From: Burkholderiales bacterium
GTDB lineage: Bacteria; Pseudomonadota; Gammaproteobacteria; Burkholderiales; Burkholderiaceae_C
DNA: 64,000 bases
Assembly: GCA_031411875.1 (NCBI GenBank)
Contig: JANOBX010000043.1
Span: 12,513 to 76,512, forward strand
Direction: 5' to 3'
In this document: one piece after another, positions 39,558 to 53,500 of the stretch
How positions within the stretch are numbered: the stretch's first letter is position 1
Layout: each line of letters opens with the position of its first letter
Position numbers and translations under genes: made by a program
The notes under the pieces: generated by a model
Database searches by the model: none
What the model was told of the DNA's origin: nothing
What the model saw: the letters and a program-made list of their open reading frames with translations, nothing else

Positions 39558-41651
39558 CTATGAAGCCTGGCCTTGCAAGGCCTCCAGGGCCACCCTGAAG
39601 GCTGCACATTCGGCCGGGCCCGGGCCCGCTGCGGGGCTGTCGCTTCGGTCCAGTTCGGTCCGGCGCGCCAGCACGGCCTGCCCGGCGCGCAGGGCGCGTT
39701 GCAGGTCGGCCGCGGCCTCCTGCCGGCGCGCCAGCAGCCAGGGCGCATCGGGCGCCCCGGGCAGCAGCACGGCCGCCGGATCGCGGGCGCTGGCCAGCAA
39801 GGCCTGCAGCAGCGTCCTCGCCCGCCGCAGGTCGGCCTGCGCATCCGCCCCCGGCTGCATGGCCAGGGCCTGCAGCGCGCGGCTGGCCTGGCCACGTTGC
39901 TGGAGGTCGCTGCTGCTGCGCAGGCCGTCCAGGCCGACCAGCCCGTCCTGCACCAGCAGCAAGCCGTCGTCGCCCAGCAGCCGACGGCTGCGCTGTACGG
40001 TCATCTCCAGGTTCTTGTGCGCGGCGGCACCGTCGCTGGCCGGCCAGAGCGCGTCGGCCACCTGACGCATCGGCGCCTGCAACTCGGGCATGCAGGCCAG
40101 ATAGCGCAGCAGCTCCAGCGGCTTGGCCTGGGGCTTGGCCTGGCGCGGCAGGGCCTTGCCCCCCAGCTGCAGTTCGAAACCGCCGAGCAGGCGAAACCAC
40201 AGCCGCCAGGGCCAGGCCGGGCCGGCGCCCACCGGCGCGGGCAGCTGGCGCTCCCGCACCACTTCGACAGCGAAGGCCGGCTCGACCCCCCAGCGCAATG
40301 CCAGGGCACAGACCGCTGCGGCACGCGCCGGGAGCAGGCGAAAGAACATCGTATAGCGCAGCACCTGAGCCTGGCGCAAGGCTGTCTGCAAGGCCTGGCG
40401 CGCGGCCGCTTCATCGTCACCCTGCCGTGCCAGGGCGAGCAGCAGGCCGTGCAGACACTGGAAGACTGCGACGTCCCGCTGCGGCAACGGGCTGGCGCCG
40501 CTGTCGGGTCCCACCGCCCGACACCGGTCGAGCAACGCCCGGGCTTCTTCGTCGTGGCCCAGGGCCAGCAGCACCTGGACCTGATCGGTGTGCAAGGCGC
40601 CGCGTTCGGCCGGGCTCAAGCCGGCCCGGTCGGCCAGCGCCAGGGCTTCGGCCAGGGTGGCTTGGGCGCGTGCGGGCTGATGTCGCAACAGGGCCAGGCG
40701 GGCGCGCATCTGCTGCAGCCACATCAGCTGCATCGGGCGCCCGGCGCCCCAGCGCGGGTCGATGGCGGCCTCCAGTGCCGCAGCGTCGGCCAGGCGTTGG
40801 CGGTCCAGCAGCAGCCGCAGCATCGCCAGGCTGGCCATGAGGCCCTGATGGGCCAGGCCGTGCGACCGGGCCAGTTCCAGGGCCTGCTGCCAGGCGGCTT
40901 CGGCCACGTCCCAGCGGCCCACCTGGTAGCAGGCGAAGCCCAGGGTGTGATGCCAGCGTGCCCGCATCAGGGGCGGGGCCGCGGCAAAGGTGGCCGGGGC
41001 TTCCACAGCCGCCTGGAGGCGGTCGAACTGCTCGAACTGCTGGCGCGCGAAATGGGCGTTCACCAGCACCTGGGCCACGAGCAGGCGCTCGTGCGCCGGC
41101 AGGCCGGGGCCCAGCGGCGCCAAGGTCTGGTGCAGCCGGGCCAGGGCCAAGCCAGCGCCCTGGCCATGCTCGGGTGACAACACGGCACGGGCCGCTTCGC
41201 CCAGGGCCAGCCAGAGCGCCGCGAAGGCGTCGCCGGGAGCGGCCGGAGCGGCATCGCCAGGATCGGCGTGATCGGCGGTGGCCATCGCCCCTTCCTGGGA
41301 CCGCTCTACCCAGGCCGTGACGCCCTCCATAGCGCCGATGTCGACCAGGCACAAGGCCATCGCGATGTGCGCGTCCAGCCGCGCCGCCGCAAGCGCGCCG
41401 GCCGCCCGGTGGCCAGCATGGGCCAGCTCCAGGCATGGCAGGGCGTCGGCGCCGTCGGCAAGCAGGGCGGCCAGGGCGCGCCAGCGGGCGACGTCGGGCC
41501 AGACCGCCAGCTCGGCGTCGGGCACCGCCGAGCAGGCCGCCGTCAGCGCCGCGCCGTCGGCCTGCTGCCAGCAGGCCACGCCATGGCTGGCCAGCCAGGC
41601 GTGGGCGGCAGCAGGGCTGGCCGGGTCGGGTCCTTCTTCAAGGGGTGTCAT
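39558..41651 (-). CDS. TPR-rich transcriptional activator with C-terminal wHTH/BTAD-like (SARP-type) region
   Basis: Helical repeats; WPW...RLLGGFEL...KPLELL...LWP...A.KNL..TV.R.RRLL, then LLPG..W. Confidence 0.75.
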   Translation of the reverse strand: MTPLEEGPDPASPAAAHAWLASHGVACWQQADGAALTAACSAVPDAELAVWPDVARWRALAALLADGADALPCLELAHAGHRAAGALAAARLDAHIAMALCLVDIGAMEGVTAWVERSQEGAMATADHADPGDAAPAAPGDAFAALWLALGEAARAVLSPEHGQGAGLALARLHQTLAPLGPGLPAHERLLVAQVLVNAHFARQQFEQFDRLQAAVEAPATFAAAPPLMRARWHHTLGFACYQVGRWDVAEAAWQQALELARSHGLAHQGLMASLAMLRLLLDRQRLADAAALEAAIDPRWGAGRPMQLMWLQQMRARLALLRHQPARAQATLAEALALADRAGLSPAERGALHTDQVQVLLALGHDEEARALLDRCRAVGPDSGASPLPQRDVAVFQCLHGLLLALARQGDDEAAARQALQTALRQAQVLRYTMFFRLLPARAAAVCALALRWGVEPAFAVEVVRERQLPAPVGAGPAWPWRLWFRLLGGFELQLGGKALPRQAKPQAKPLELLRYLACMPELQAPMRQVADALWPASDGAAAHKNLEMTVQRSRRLLGDDGLLLVQDGLVGLDGLRSSSDLQQRGQASRALQALAMQPGADAQADLRRARTLLQALLASARDPAAVLLPGAPDAPWLLARRQEAAADLQRALRAGQAVLARRTELDRSDSPAAGPGPAECAAFRVALEALQGQAS

Positions 41652-41754
41652 GTGTGGGCCATCCGTGGGCGCGGTGCTTCGATGCTTGTCTTCGTGGGCA
41701 CACAAGCACCCACGCAACCTCACCTCAACCCTGAACTCTTCTTGGAGCTAGATC

Positions 41755-42281
41755 ATGAGCAAGCTGATTCTGAAGCGCTTTCAATGCGTCACCGAAACCG
41801 ACGAGGTCGGCGCCGACAGTCCGTACTTCATCACCTTCGTCGGCGACATCATCAACGGCAAGACCGAAATGAAGATGACCCGCCAGGGCAACTGGCACAA
41901 CGAGGTCGATCAGGGGGAGATCTGGACCGTCAACGCCACCGTCGCCGACGGCTTCGACTTCAAGCCCGCGCGGACGATCGTGCTGTGCGCGATGGTCGAG
42001 GAGGACGAAGGCCTGGACATCGGCAGCGCCGAGATCGAAGGCATGCAGGCGGCCCTGGCCAGTCGCCTGAACCAGTACCGCGCCACCGGCGCCAACGTCG
42101 TCAAGCCCATCATCACCAACGGCATGGCGCAGGTGTTCCGCAACCTGGTGCAGGTGAGCCTCTTCACCGCTGCCGGCGCCAGCGACGACATCGTCGGCGT
42201 CAAGGCCGTCAAGCTCAACGGCAACAGCGGCGACCAGGCGGTGGCCACGCTCATCGGCGACGGCGGCCGCTACAACGTGCG

Positions 42282-42297
<16 letters not shown>
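41755..42297 (+). CDS. Hypothetical protein (C2-like acidic beta-sandwich pattern)
   Basis: RBS GGAG; strong codon bias; CVTETDEVGADSPY, VEEDE, DDIVG, GDGGRY. Confidence 0.8.
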
Positions 42298-43994
<1,697 letters not shown>

Positions 43995-44030
43995 CGGGCG
44001 ATGATGCCCGCGCCGGCGCCGCCCTGCAGG

Positions 44031-44519
44031 CTAGCGCGCGCCGGCCCTGTCCGCGATGTCGATGCCGGACGTCGCCACGTCGGCACCGGGCACCGCGGCG
44101 CGCACCACCGTCACCGGCACCGGGCTGTGCTGCAGCAGGGCCAGCGCCACCGAGCCCAGGCCATCGGCATCGGGTTCGGCCATGCCGACCGCACCCATGA
44201 ACACGGCGTCGGGGCCGTAGTTCTCGACCAGTTCCACGAGCAACGTGGCCGGCTCGCCGCCGGCGACTTCGCTCTCGTAGTCGGCGTCGGCGGCGTCGAG
44301 CAGGGCTTCGGCCGGGCCCAGCAGGTCGGCGCCGGCACCACGCTTGATGTCGGTGAGGGCCTCGGTGTCGTGCGCCACCACCACTTCGTAGAGCGTGGAA
44401 GGCTCCTGCACGTTGACGAGAACGAAACTCACCGGCAGCCCGGCACGGCGCAGCTGCAGCGCGTGGTGCACGGCAGCCAGGGCGGCGGGTGAACCGTCAA
44501 TGGGCAGGAGGATCTTCAT
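44031..44519 (-). CDS. Universal stress protein
   Basis: KILLPIDGS, VFMG...GLGSVA..LL..SPVPVTVV. Confidence 0.9.
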   Translation of the reverse strand: MKILLPIDGSPAALAAVHHALQLRRAGLPVSFVLVNVQEPSTLYEVVVAHDTEALTDIKRGAGADLLGPAEALLDAADADYESEVAGGEPATLLVELVENYGPDAVFMGAVGMAEPDADGLGSVALALLQHSPVPVTVVRAAVPGADVATSGIDIADRAGAR

Positions 44520-45618
44520 GGGGCGTTCCGGTGGCTGGCAGGTTCCCATCTTGCGCCTCGGCGGCGGCCTCGCCCGTTGTGTCGCCGCCTTCGACCCCAA
44601 ATTCCGTCCGGAAGCTGCCCGCCTCCAGGCCCTGCTGCTGCAACCAGCGCACCATCACCGCCTCGTAGCCGTGGGTGACGATGACACGCTCGGCCCCGGT
44701 GGCGGCAATCGCGCGCTGCAGGCCCGGCCAGTCCGCGTGGTCGCTGAGCACGAAGCCACGGTCCAGACCCTGGCGGCGGCGCGCGCCGCGCAGCTGCATC
44801 CAACCGCTGGCGAAGGCATCGCCGGCGTCGCCGAAGCGTTTCGCCCAGGCACTGCCCAGCACCGCCGGCGGCGCCACTACGAGCGCGCGTTTCAGGCTGG
44901 CGGTGTCGGCGACATCGCTGACCAGGGCGGTCTCGGGCAGACGCACGCCGGCTTCGCGATAGGCACGGTTCAGGGGTTCGACGGCGCTGTGCACGACGAT
45001 GGGGCCGATCGACGCGTCCACCCCCGCCAGCAGCCGCTGCGCCTTGCCGAAGCTGTAGCCCAGCAGGAGGCTGGCGCGGCCGGCGGCGGCGTTGCCGGCC
45101 CACCAGGCGTTGATGTCGGCCATCACTTCGGCCTGCGGGCGCCAGCGGTAGATGGGCAGGCCGAAGGTGCTTTCGGTGATGAAGGTGTGGCAGCGCACGG
45201 GTTCGAAGGCTGTGCAGGTGGCGTTGTGCTCGGCGGCTTCGTCGTCGGCGCCGCGGGTGTAATAGTCTCCCGAAGCCACCCACACCTGGCCCGCGTGTTC
45301 GATGCGCACCTGGGCCGAACCGAGCACATGCCCGGCCGGGTGCAGGCTGACCTTCACCTGCCCCTGGGCGCCGTTGATCGTGACCACCTCGCCATAGGCC
45401 AGGCCCTGCAGCGTGATGTCGCCCAGGCGCGAGCGCAGGACGCCGGCGCTGACGCCGGTCGCCAGATACTGGCCGTGACCGCGGCGCGCGTGGTCGGCAT
45501 GCGCGTGCGTGACCACCGCCCGCGCCACGGGGCGCCAGGGGTCGATGTGGAAGTCGCCCGCGGGGCAGTACAGGCCCTGCGGACTGAGCACGACCAGGTC
45601 GGCGTGGCGGCTGCTCAT
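44497..45618 (-). CDS. Ligase-associated DNA damage response exonuclease (MBL/beta-CASP)
   Basis: GLYCPAGDFHIDPW, THAHADH, AGHVLGS, ESTFGLP, ASGWM, LSDHADW, THG. Confidence 0.93.
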   Translation of the reverse strand: MSSRHADLVVLSPQGLYCPAGDFHIDPWRPVARAVVTHAHADHARRGHGQYLATGVSAGVLRSRLGDITLQGLAYGEVVTINGAQGQVKVSLHPAGHVLGSAQVRIEHAGQVWVASGDYYTRGADDEAAEHNATCTAFEPVRCHTFITESTFGLPIYRWRPQAEVMADINAWWAGNAAAGRASLLLGYSFGKAQRLLAGVDASIGPIVVHSAVEPLNRAYREAGVRLPETALVSDVADTASLKRALVVAPPAVLGSAWAKRFGDAGDAFASGWMQLRGARRRQGLDRGFVLSDHADWPGLQRAIAATGAERVIVTHGYEAVMVRWLQQQGLEAGSFRTEFGVEGGDTTGEAAAEAQDGNLPATGTPHEDPPAH

Positions 45619-45768
45619 GCGCCGGGCGCCCGCCAAAGGGCTGTGGCACGTGGGGGGCCGACGGGTCTGTCGGGCTCGGTCGTCGCGGTCTGGGTCATGA
45701 CGTGAAAACACCGGAAAGCGGGGTATGCCGGAAGGGTAGCGCGGCCTGGCGAGAGTGATACTTCCAGC

Positions 45769-46164
45769 ATGGGTGAATCGAACGAGAGTCTGCCAATCCC
45801 GACGAGGCCGGTCGCGCCCGAAGGCGCGGAGATCTGGCGCCTGCTGCTCGACCCGCGCGGCCGCATCGCCCGCAGCACCTGGTGGCTGTGGGGCGTGCTG
45901 ATGCCGCTGGGTGTGGGGCTGTTGCTGCATGCCCTGCTGGGCATTGCCCGCATCCGCGCCGAACTCGCCGAACACCTTGTCAACCTGCTGCTGCTGTGGC
46001 CGACGCTGGCGGTGTCCATCAAGCGCTGGCACGACCGGAACCACAGTGGCTGGTGGGTGCTGGTGGTGCTGGTGCCGGTGGTGGGCTGGCTGGCGGCGCT
46101 GGTCGTCAATGGTTTTCTCCGCGGCACGCCCGGACCCAACCGGTTTGGCCGAGAACCGCGCTGA
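45769..46164 (+). CDS. DUF805 membrane protein
   Basis: GRIARSTWW, KRWHDRNHSGWW, GTPGPNRFG. Confidence 0.9.
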   Translation: MGESNESLPIPTRPVAPEGAEIWRLLLDPRGRIARSTWWLWGVLMPLGVGLLLHALLGIARIRAELAEHLVNLLLLWPTLAVSIKRWHDRNHSGWWVLVVLVPVVGWLAALVVNGFLRGTPGPNRFGREPR

Positions 46165-46194
46165 CCCCATCGTACAAACCGAACCCCAAAAACA

Positions 46195-46220
46195 AAAAAC
46201 GCAGCCGAAGCTGCGTTTTT
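46195..46220. terminator. Bidirectional intrinsic terminator
   Basis: AAAAACGCAGC-CGAA-GCTGCGTTTTT. Confidence 0.88.
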
Positions 46221-46251
46221 CGGGAGGGACCCGAAGGTCCCGGCAAACGTC

Positions 46252-46485
<234 letters not shown>

Positions 46486-46654
46486 TCACGGTTGCTGCGC
46501 AGCACATGCTGACGCAGTGCAGAAGCGGGCCAAGAAAATCACCGATCAAGGGTTCCATCGCAACCGCCCCCACTGGGGTCGGCAAGGCTGGATGCCGTCA
46601 AACCAAGTACTGTCTTGCTCAAATCTACCTACGTAATGTAGCAGCTATCGGGGG

Positions 46655-47998
46655 TCAGCCCACGACCGTCTGCTTCAAGCCTCGGCCGATGCCGTGGTAT
46701 TCGACGCCCAGGGTGCGCAGCAGGGCCGGGTCGTAGATGTTGCGCCCGTCGAAAATGAGCGGCTGCTTGAGCGTGGCCTTGATGTGGTCGAAGTCGGGGT
46801 TGCGGAATTCCTTCCATTCCGTAACCACGAGCAGCGCGTCGGCGCCGGTCAGGGCCTCGGCCTGGCTCTTGGCAAAGCTCAGGCGCGGCAGGTGCTTCAT
46901 GACACGGGCTGCTTCTTCCATCGCCACCGGGTCGTAGGCGCGCAAGGTGGCACCGCGGCGGCTGAGCTCTTCGGCCACGACACGGCTCGGCGCGTCGCGC
47001 ATGTCGTCGGTGTTGGGCTTGAAGGCCAAGCCCCAGAGCGCGAAGGTGTGGCCCGACAGGTCTTCACCGAAACGCTGCACCACCTTGCGCACGAGCACGT
47101 GCTTCTGGCGTTCGTTGGCGGCTTCCACGGCCTGCAGCACGCCCAGTTCGAGTCCGTTCTCGCGACCGGTGTAGATGAGCGCCTTCACGTCCTTCGGAAA
47201 GCAGCTGCCGCCATAGCCGGTGCCGGGATAGAGAAAGTGCGTGCCGATGCGCGGGTCGCTGCCGATGCCGCGACGCACCTGCTCGATGTCCGCGCCCACC
47301 TCGTCGGCCAGCAGCGCCAGCTCGTTCATGAAGCTGATGCGCGTGGCGAGCATGGCGTTGGCCGCGTACTTGGTGAACTCGGCACTCTTCACGTCCATCA
47401 GCTGCAGCCGGTCGTGGTTGCGCATGAAGGGGGTGTAGAGCGCACGCATCAGGAGCACGGCGCGTTCGTCGTCGGCGCCGACGATGATGCGGTCGGGCCG
47501 CATGCAGTCCTCGACGGCAGCGCCTTCCTTCAGGAATTCTGGGTTGGACACGACCGCGAATTCCATCTCGAGCCCGCGCGCCTTCAGGGCGCTGGTGACG
47601 GCAGCGCGCACCCTGTCGGCCGTGCCCACGGGCACGGTGCTCTTGTCGACGATGACCTTGTAGTCGGTCATGTGGCGGCCGATGTTGGCGGCCGCAGCCA
47701 CAACGTACTGCATGTCGGCAGAGCCGTCTTCTTCAGGGGGCGTGCCCACGCCGATGAACTGCAGCGTGCCATGCCCCACCGCGGCCGCCACGTCGGTGGT
47801 GAACTGCAGGCGGCCGGCTGCGACATTGCGCTGGACGATCTCCTTCAGCCCGGGCTCATGGATGGGGATGCCGCCGTCGTTGAGCAGCCGGATCTTGCGC
47901 TCGTCGACGTCGAGACAGACCACGTGGTTGCCCATTTCGGACAGGCAGGCACCCGTGACGAGCCCGACGTAGCCGGTACCGATGACTGTAACTTTCAT
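46655..47998 (-). CDS. ugd: UDP-glucose 6-dehydrogenase
   Basis: [42 protein letters not shown]. Confidence 0.95.
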   Translation of the reverse strand: MKVTVIGTGYVGLVTGACLSEMGNHVVCLDVDERKIRLLNDGGIPIHEPGLKEIVQRNVAAGRLQFTTDVAAAVGHGTLQFIGVGTPPEEDGSADMQYVVAAAANIGRHMTDYKVIVDKSTVPVGTADRVRAAVTSALKARGLEMEFAVVSNPEFLKEGAAVEDCMRPDRIIVGADDERAVLLMRALYTPFMRNHDRLQLMDVKSAEFTKYAANAMLATRISFMNELALLADEVGADIEQVRRGIGSDPRIGTHFLYPGTGYGGSCFPKDVKALIYTGRENGLELGVLQAVEAANERQKHVLVRKVVQRFGEDLSGHTFALWGLAFKPNTDDMRDAPSRVVAEELSRRGATLRAYDPVAMEEAARVMKHLPRLSFAKSQAEALTGADALLVVTEWKEFRNPDFDHIKATLKQPLIFDGRNIYDPALLRTLGVEYHGIGRGLKQTVVG

Positions 47999-48130
47999 GT
48001 GCAGGCGCCTGAATTTGGGGGTGCGACAGGGTAAGCGTGAATTGTGGCGGCGGCCTCAGCGGGCCGCGGCCCGTGCGAGTGATATCTTCCGCACGGCAGC
48101 AGCAAACGCCAGCCTCATGCCGGCAGCACC

Positions 48131-49258
48131 ATGACCAAAACCGCACTCATCACCGGCGTCACCGGACAGGACGGCGCCTACCTCGCCGAGCTTCTGCTGG
48201 CCAAGGGCTACACCGTTCACGGCATCAAGCGCCGCGCGAGCAGCTTCAACACCGACCGCATCGACCACCTGTACCAGGACCCGCACGTCGACCACCAGCG
48301 CTTCACGCTGCACTATGGCGACCTGACCGACAGCACCAATCTGATCCGCATCGTGCAGCAGGTGCAGCCCGACGAGGTCTACACCCTGGGCGCGATGAGC
48401 CACGTCGCGGTGAGCATCGAACAGCCCGAGTACACGGCCGACGCCGACGGCATCGGCACCCTGCGGCTGCTGGAAGCCATCCGCATCCTGGGCCTGACGA
48501 AGAAGACGCGCTTCTACCAGGCCAGCACGAGCGAGCTCTACGGCCTGGTGCAGGAAGTGCCGCAGAAGGAGACCACGCCGTTCTACCCGCGCAGCCCCTA
48601 CGCGGTGGCCAAGATGTACGCCTACTGGATCGTGGTGAACTACCGCGAGGCCTACGGCATGTACGCCTGCAACGGCATCCTCTTCAACCACGAGAGCCCA
48701 TTGCGCGGCGAAACCTTCGTCACGCGCAAGATCACGCGCGCCGTGGCGCGCATCGCGCTGGGCCTGCAGGACTGCCTGTACCTGGGCAACCTGAGCGCGC
48801 TGCGCGACTGGGGCCATGCCCGCGACTACGTGAAGATGCAGTGGATGATGCTGCAGCAGGGCCACGCCGAGGACTTCGTCATCGCCACCGGCGTGCAATA
48901 CAGCGTGCGCCAGTTCGTCGAACGCGCCGCAGCAGAACTGGGCATCACCATCGCCTTCACGGGTGAAGGCGAGGCCGAGATCGGCACCGTGGCCAAGGTG
49001 GTGCCCGTGAACGGCGAACTCAAGGCCAAGTGCAAGCCGGGCGACGTGGTCGTCAAGGTCGACCCGCGCTACTTCCGGCCCACCGAAGTGGAAACGCTTC
49101 TCGGCGACCCGAGCAAGGCCAAGGCCAAGCTGGGCTGGGAACCGACCACGCCGTTCAGCGAACTGGTGCGCGAGATGGTGGAGGCCGACTACACCGCGGC
49201 CAAGCGCGACAGCCTGGTCAAGCTGGCCGGCTTCCAGGCCTACGACTACCACGAGTGA
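48131..49258 (+). CDS. gmd: GDP-mannose 4,6-dehydratase
   Basis: [36 protein letters not shown]. Confidence 0.97.
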   Translation: MTKTALITGVTGQDGAYLAELLLAKGYTVHGIKRRASSFNTDRIDHLYQDPHVDHQRFTLHYGDLTDSTNLIRIVQQVQPDEVYTLGAMSHVAVSIEQPEYTADADGIGTLRLLEAIRILGLTKKTRFYQASTSELYGLVQEVPQKETTPFYPRSPYAVAKMYAYWIVVNYREAYGMYACNGILFNHESPLRGETFVTRKITRAVARIALGLQDCLYLGNLSALRDWGHARDYVKMQWMMLQQGHAEDFVIATGVQYSVRQFVERAAAELGITIAFTGEGEAEIGTVAKVVPVNGELKAKCKPGDVVVKVDPRYFRPTEVETLLGDPSKAKAKLGWEPTTPFSELVREMVEADYTAAKRDSLVKLAGFQAYDYHE

Positions 49259-49262
49259 ACGC

Positions 49263-50240
49263 GTGAATTCCGATGCCCGCATCTACGTCGCCGGCCACCG
49301 CGGCCTGGTGGGCAGCGCCATCGTGCGCCGGCTCCATCAGGCCGGCCACACGAAGCTGCTGCTGCGCACCCATGCCGAGCTCGACCTGACCGACGAACGC
49401 GCCACCCGCGCCTTCTTCGAAGCCGAGAAGCCGGAGTACGTTTTCCTGGCGGCCGCCAAGGTGGGCGGCATCGTCGCCAACAACAGCTTTCCGGCCGAGT
49501 TCATCCGCGACAACCTCGCCATCCAGACCAACGTCATCCACGCCGCTTACTTGAACGGCGTCACGCGGCTGCTGTTCCTGGGCAGCAGCTGCATCTACCC
49601 CAAGCTGGCGCCGCAGCCCATGCGTGAACGCGACCTGCTCACCGGCGCGCTGGAGCCCACCAACCGCCCCTACGCGCTGGCCAAGATCGCCGGCGTCGAG
49701 ATGTGCTGGAGCTACAACCGCCAATACGGCACGAAATACCTGGCGGCGATGCCCACCAACCTGTACGGCCCGGGCGACAACTACCACCCCACCCACAGCC
49801 ACGTCATTCCGGCGCTGCTGCGCAAGTTCCACGAAGCCAAGCTGGCCGCGGCGCCGCAGGTCACCGTATGGGGCACGGGCACGCCCAGACGCGAATTCCT
49901 GTTCAGCGACGACATGGCCGACGCATGTGTCTTCCTGATGAACCTGCCCGACGACGGCTACCAGGCCCTGCTGGGCAGCGACGAAAGCGCAACCGGGCGC
50001 TTCGAGCCGCCGCTGGTGAACATCGGCGTCGGCGAAGACGTGACCATCTCGGAATTGGCGGCGCTGGTGGCCAGTGTGGTGGGCTATGAAGGCCAGGTCG
50101 TGTACGACACGAGCAAGCCCGACGGAACGCCGCGCAAGCTGATGGACGTGGGCCTTCTGGCCCAGGCGGGCTGGAAAGCCCGCACGACGCTTCAGGCCGG
50201 GCTGGCCACGGCCTACGCGGAGTTTGCTGCCCAGGCCTAG
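49263..50240 (+). CDS. fcl: GDP-L-fucose synthase
   Basis: [40 protein letters not shown]. Confidence 0.96.
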   Translation: MNSDARIYVAGHRGLVGSAIVRRLHQAGHTKLLLRTHAELDLTDERATRAFFEAEKPEYVFLAAAKVGGIVANNSFPAEFIRDNLAIQTNVIHAAYLNGVTRLLFLGSSCIYPKLAPQPMRERDLLTGALEPTNRPYALAKIAGVEMCWSYNRQYGTKYLAAMPTNLYGPGDNYHPTHSHVIPALLRKFHEAKLAAAPQVTVWGTGTPRREFLFSDDMADACVFLMNLPDDGYQALLGSDESATGRFEPPLVNIGVGEDVTISELAALVASVVGYEGQVVYDTSKPDGTPRKLMDVGLLAQAGWKARTTLQAGLATAYAEFAAQA

Positions 50241-50535
50241 GCCTGCCTGTCGAAGCTCCTGCTGCTCCCGGCGTTGATGGACCCGCCGGCGATGCGTGTG
50301 TCCACGACCCGGCGGGGGGCCACGGTCGTGAAGACCTTGTCCCGGTCGAGGCTGACCAGGCTGAATGGATCGGCGCCCATGCCCGACACCCCGCTGGCCG
50401 GGGCAGCACCGCAGACGGTTACATCGGGCCCCTTGAGCCGCGCCCCATGCCGGCCGATATCCCCCTTGTACCCCGGCACAGGCGCTGGACAGCCGTTCGC
50501 GCCACCTGCCGCCGGGTCCTTGCCGGACTCTCCCC

Positions 50536-53500
50536 ATGCCTACCCCTCAGCCACGCCCGGCCGCTTGCCGCAAGGCAGCGTTTCGCATCCAGCTTGCCTG
50601 CGCCTTGATCTCGCTTGCCGGGTGTGGCGGCGGCGAAGCCCCCGGGGTTGCAGCCGCAGAGGCTTCACAGGCCGCCCAAGCTGCGCAAGCCGCAGGCGCG
50701 CCGGGCGTCGGCAGCACCGGTCCTGCCGCCGGCCTCGCCTTCGCCTTGGCCAGCACCGGCACGCCTGCGGGTGAACGCGTGCCCGTCGTCATCCGCGCTG
50801 CAGGCGGGGTCGTCAACGGCGTCGCGGTCGAAGGCCGGGTTCGCTACAACGGCACCGTCGTCGCGGCCGGTGCCGTGGCCTCGGCGGCCATGACCGACTA
50901 CGTCTTCGAACTGCCCGGGCCCCTGCGCGGCGGCGCACTCGACATCGTCATGGTCAACGCCGACGAAGCTGCAGGAACGGCGACCCGGGTGCTGCGCATC
51001 GCGTCGGTGACGGTGGCCGGCATCGTCCTGCGGCCCACCGACTTCAACGCGGTCTTCGATGCCGGAAACGATGAAGCCGCCTTCGACGGGCTCCAGGTCT
51101 CGGCCGGAAGGGCCTTGCTCGCGAACAACGGGGCCTTGCGTCTGACGCTGCCCACGGCCGACGAAGTCGCACGGGCCCAGCAGCCGCTGCCCGACACCCC
51201 TGGGGTCTACATCGACGCCGAACGCGGCTCGGACGACAGCGCCGGCACCCAGGAACGCCCGTGGCGCACGATCGCCCGCCTTGCGACCTCGAGCGCCAGG
51301 ACCAGCGGGAACATCTTCCTGCGCTGCGGCACGGTGTTCCGCGAATCGCTGTCGATCCGCGAGGAATGGCTCAAACCCGGCCGCCTGATCGCCGGGTACG
51401 GGCCCGAATGCCCGCGGCGCAAGGCCGTGATCAGCGGTGCCGACGACTTCTCCGGCGGTTGGCAACAGTCGGGCGGCGTCTGGTCGCGCGCGCTGCCCCG
51501 CAACACACCGAAGATCAGCCAGCTCTTCATCGACGGCAGCCCGCTGCGGACGGCGCGTTGGCCGAACCTGGAAGGCACCAGCGCGCGCAAGACCGCGCTG
51601 GCCTCGGCAGGCCTGGCGGCCGATCATCTCGCGGTGCGTTCCGAAGACGCTTCGGCGCTGTCGACGCGCTCGCTCGTCGGCGCTGCCGTGCAACTGCGCA
51701 CGCAGGCCTGGCTGATCGAATCGCGCGTGGTGGTGGGCACACGCCAGGATGCGCTGGCCCTGGATCGCCCGCTCGACTGGAAGCTGGATCCAGGCGAAGG
51801 CTATGTCCTGAGCGACAAGCTCTGGATGCTCGACGAAGCCGGCGAGTTCTTCCACGACCTGGAGAATCAGCGCCTGTACTTCGTGGCGCCCGCGCACAGC
51901 CCTGCGGACCTGAACACCGCCTTGATCGAAGGCAGCGTGCGTGACGTGGGCCTGGTCGTCCAGAACAGCCACGGCACCGTGGTGCGCGATGTCGCGCTGG
52001 TGGCGAACCGGGCCGACGGGCTGCACGCCCTGGATGCGCCGGGACTGCAAGTCAGCGACGTGGTGGCCAGCGACAACGGCTCCTCGGGCATCCGCCTGCG
52101 CCAATGGGCGCCAGAGCCGGCGCAGAACGCGCGGGTCGAAGTGAGCGGCAGCCTCGTCACGGACAACGGCCACTACGGCATCGATGCGGGCTACGTCAGG
52201 AACGCGCGCATTTCGGGCAATCGTGTGTTGCAGACCGGCATCGGCAGCCACCGCACGGAGGGGGTGTACGCCGCCATCGAAACGGGGCCGGGGGGTCAGG
52301 TCGAGGACAACCTGATCGACGGCTCGGGCTACCTGGGCATCCGTTTTTCAAGCCGCGACAACAGCCGGGTGTCGGGCAACCGGGTCAACGGCCACTGCCA
52401 GAGGCTGTCCGACTGCGCCGGGATCTACACCTGGTCGCAGCCCCACGCCCAGCAGGCGTCGCAGCGCTCGGTGGTCGAGGGCAACCAGGTCCGCGGCGGC
52501 GAGGCGAACCTGACGGGCACCCAGTCGGCCGGCAGCGACCTGGTGGCCGGCATCTACATCGACGACGAATCGGACGGTGTGGTGGTCCGCGGCAACCTGC
52601 TGGCGCAGAACCCGTTCGGCATCTTCGTGCACAACGCCTCGCGGCTGACCGTCGAGAACAACCGGGTCTGGCTGCCGGGCCGGGCGGGCATCGCAGCGGC
52701 CATGGATCGCCACGACGCCGACCGCATGACGGACAACCTGTTCCAGGGCAACGAGATCGTGCCGCTGGTGCAGGTCCGCGCCAGGCCCGACGGACCGCCT
52801 GGCTTCAGTGTCGGCCAGCCCTTCTGGCTGTACCACGCGCTCACGGGAAAAAGCGCCCTTGCGGAGCGGGGCAATGTCTTCCGCGACAACCGGGTGCTGA
52901 ACCTGCAGGGTCTGCAGGCCACTCATGCCACCGTGCTGGGGCCGGCGGGACAGACGGTGCTGGACGCCGACGAATGGAGCCGGCTGAACCGGGGCGAACC
53001 CGCGCCATCGCAGCCCTCGACCTTTCAGCCCTACGAACTCGTGCTCGGTCCGGAACTCATTGCCGACGCCGAGATGGACCAGGGCCTGAACACCTGGCGA
53101 AGCTGGCGCTCGCCGGCGAGCCAGGGTTTCGGTGTCGCAGCCACGTCCGCCGGCGGCTGCGTGGGCGCCTGCCTGCAGTTCAGCACCGGGCATCCGGGCG
53201 ACTACCTGGCCAGCCCGGGACTCATGCTGGAGGCGGGCTCGACCTACCTGTACCGGACGCGCCTGGCCGGTGCCACGGCCGGCCTGAAGCTGGCCTGGCC
53301 CTACATCAGCCGCGATGCCTCGCCCTGGGACGCCGTGGCCGAGCCGGGCGCGGCCGTGGCCCTGGCCCCGCGCAGTCTGCGCGCCGGCACCTTCAACGCT
53401 TTCGAGGCGTTCTTCGTGCCCAGGGAAACCGCGCAGGCCAGGGTGCACTTCCAGCTGGAGGCGCCGGGCACCGCCGTGGTCGACGCCGTCTCGGTGCGCA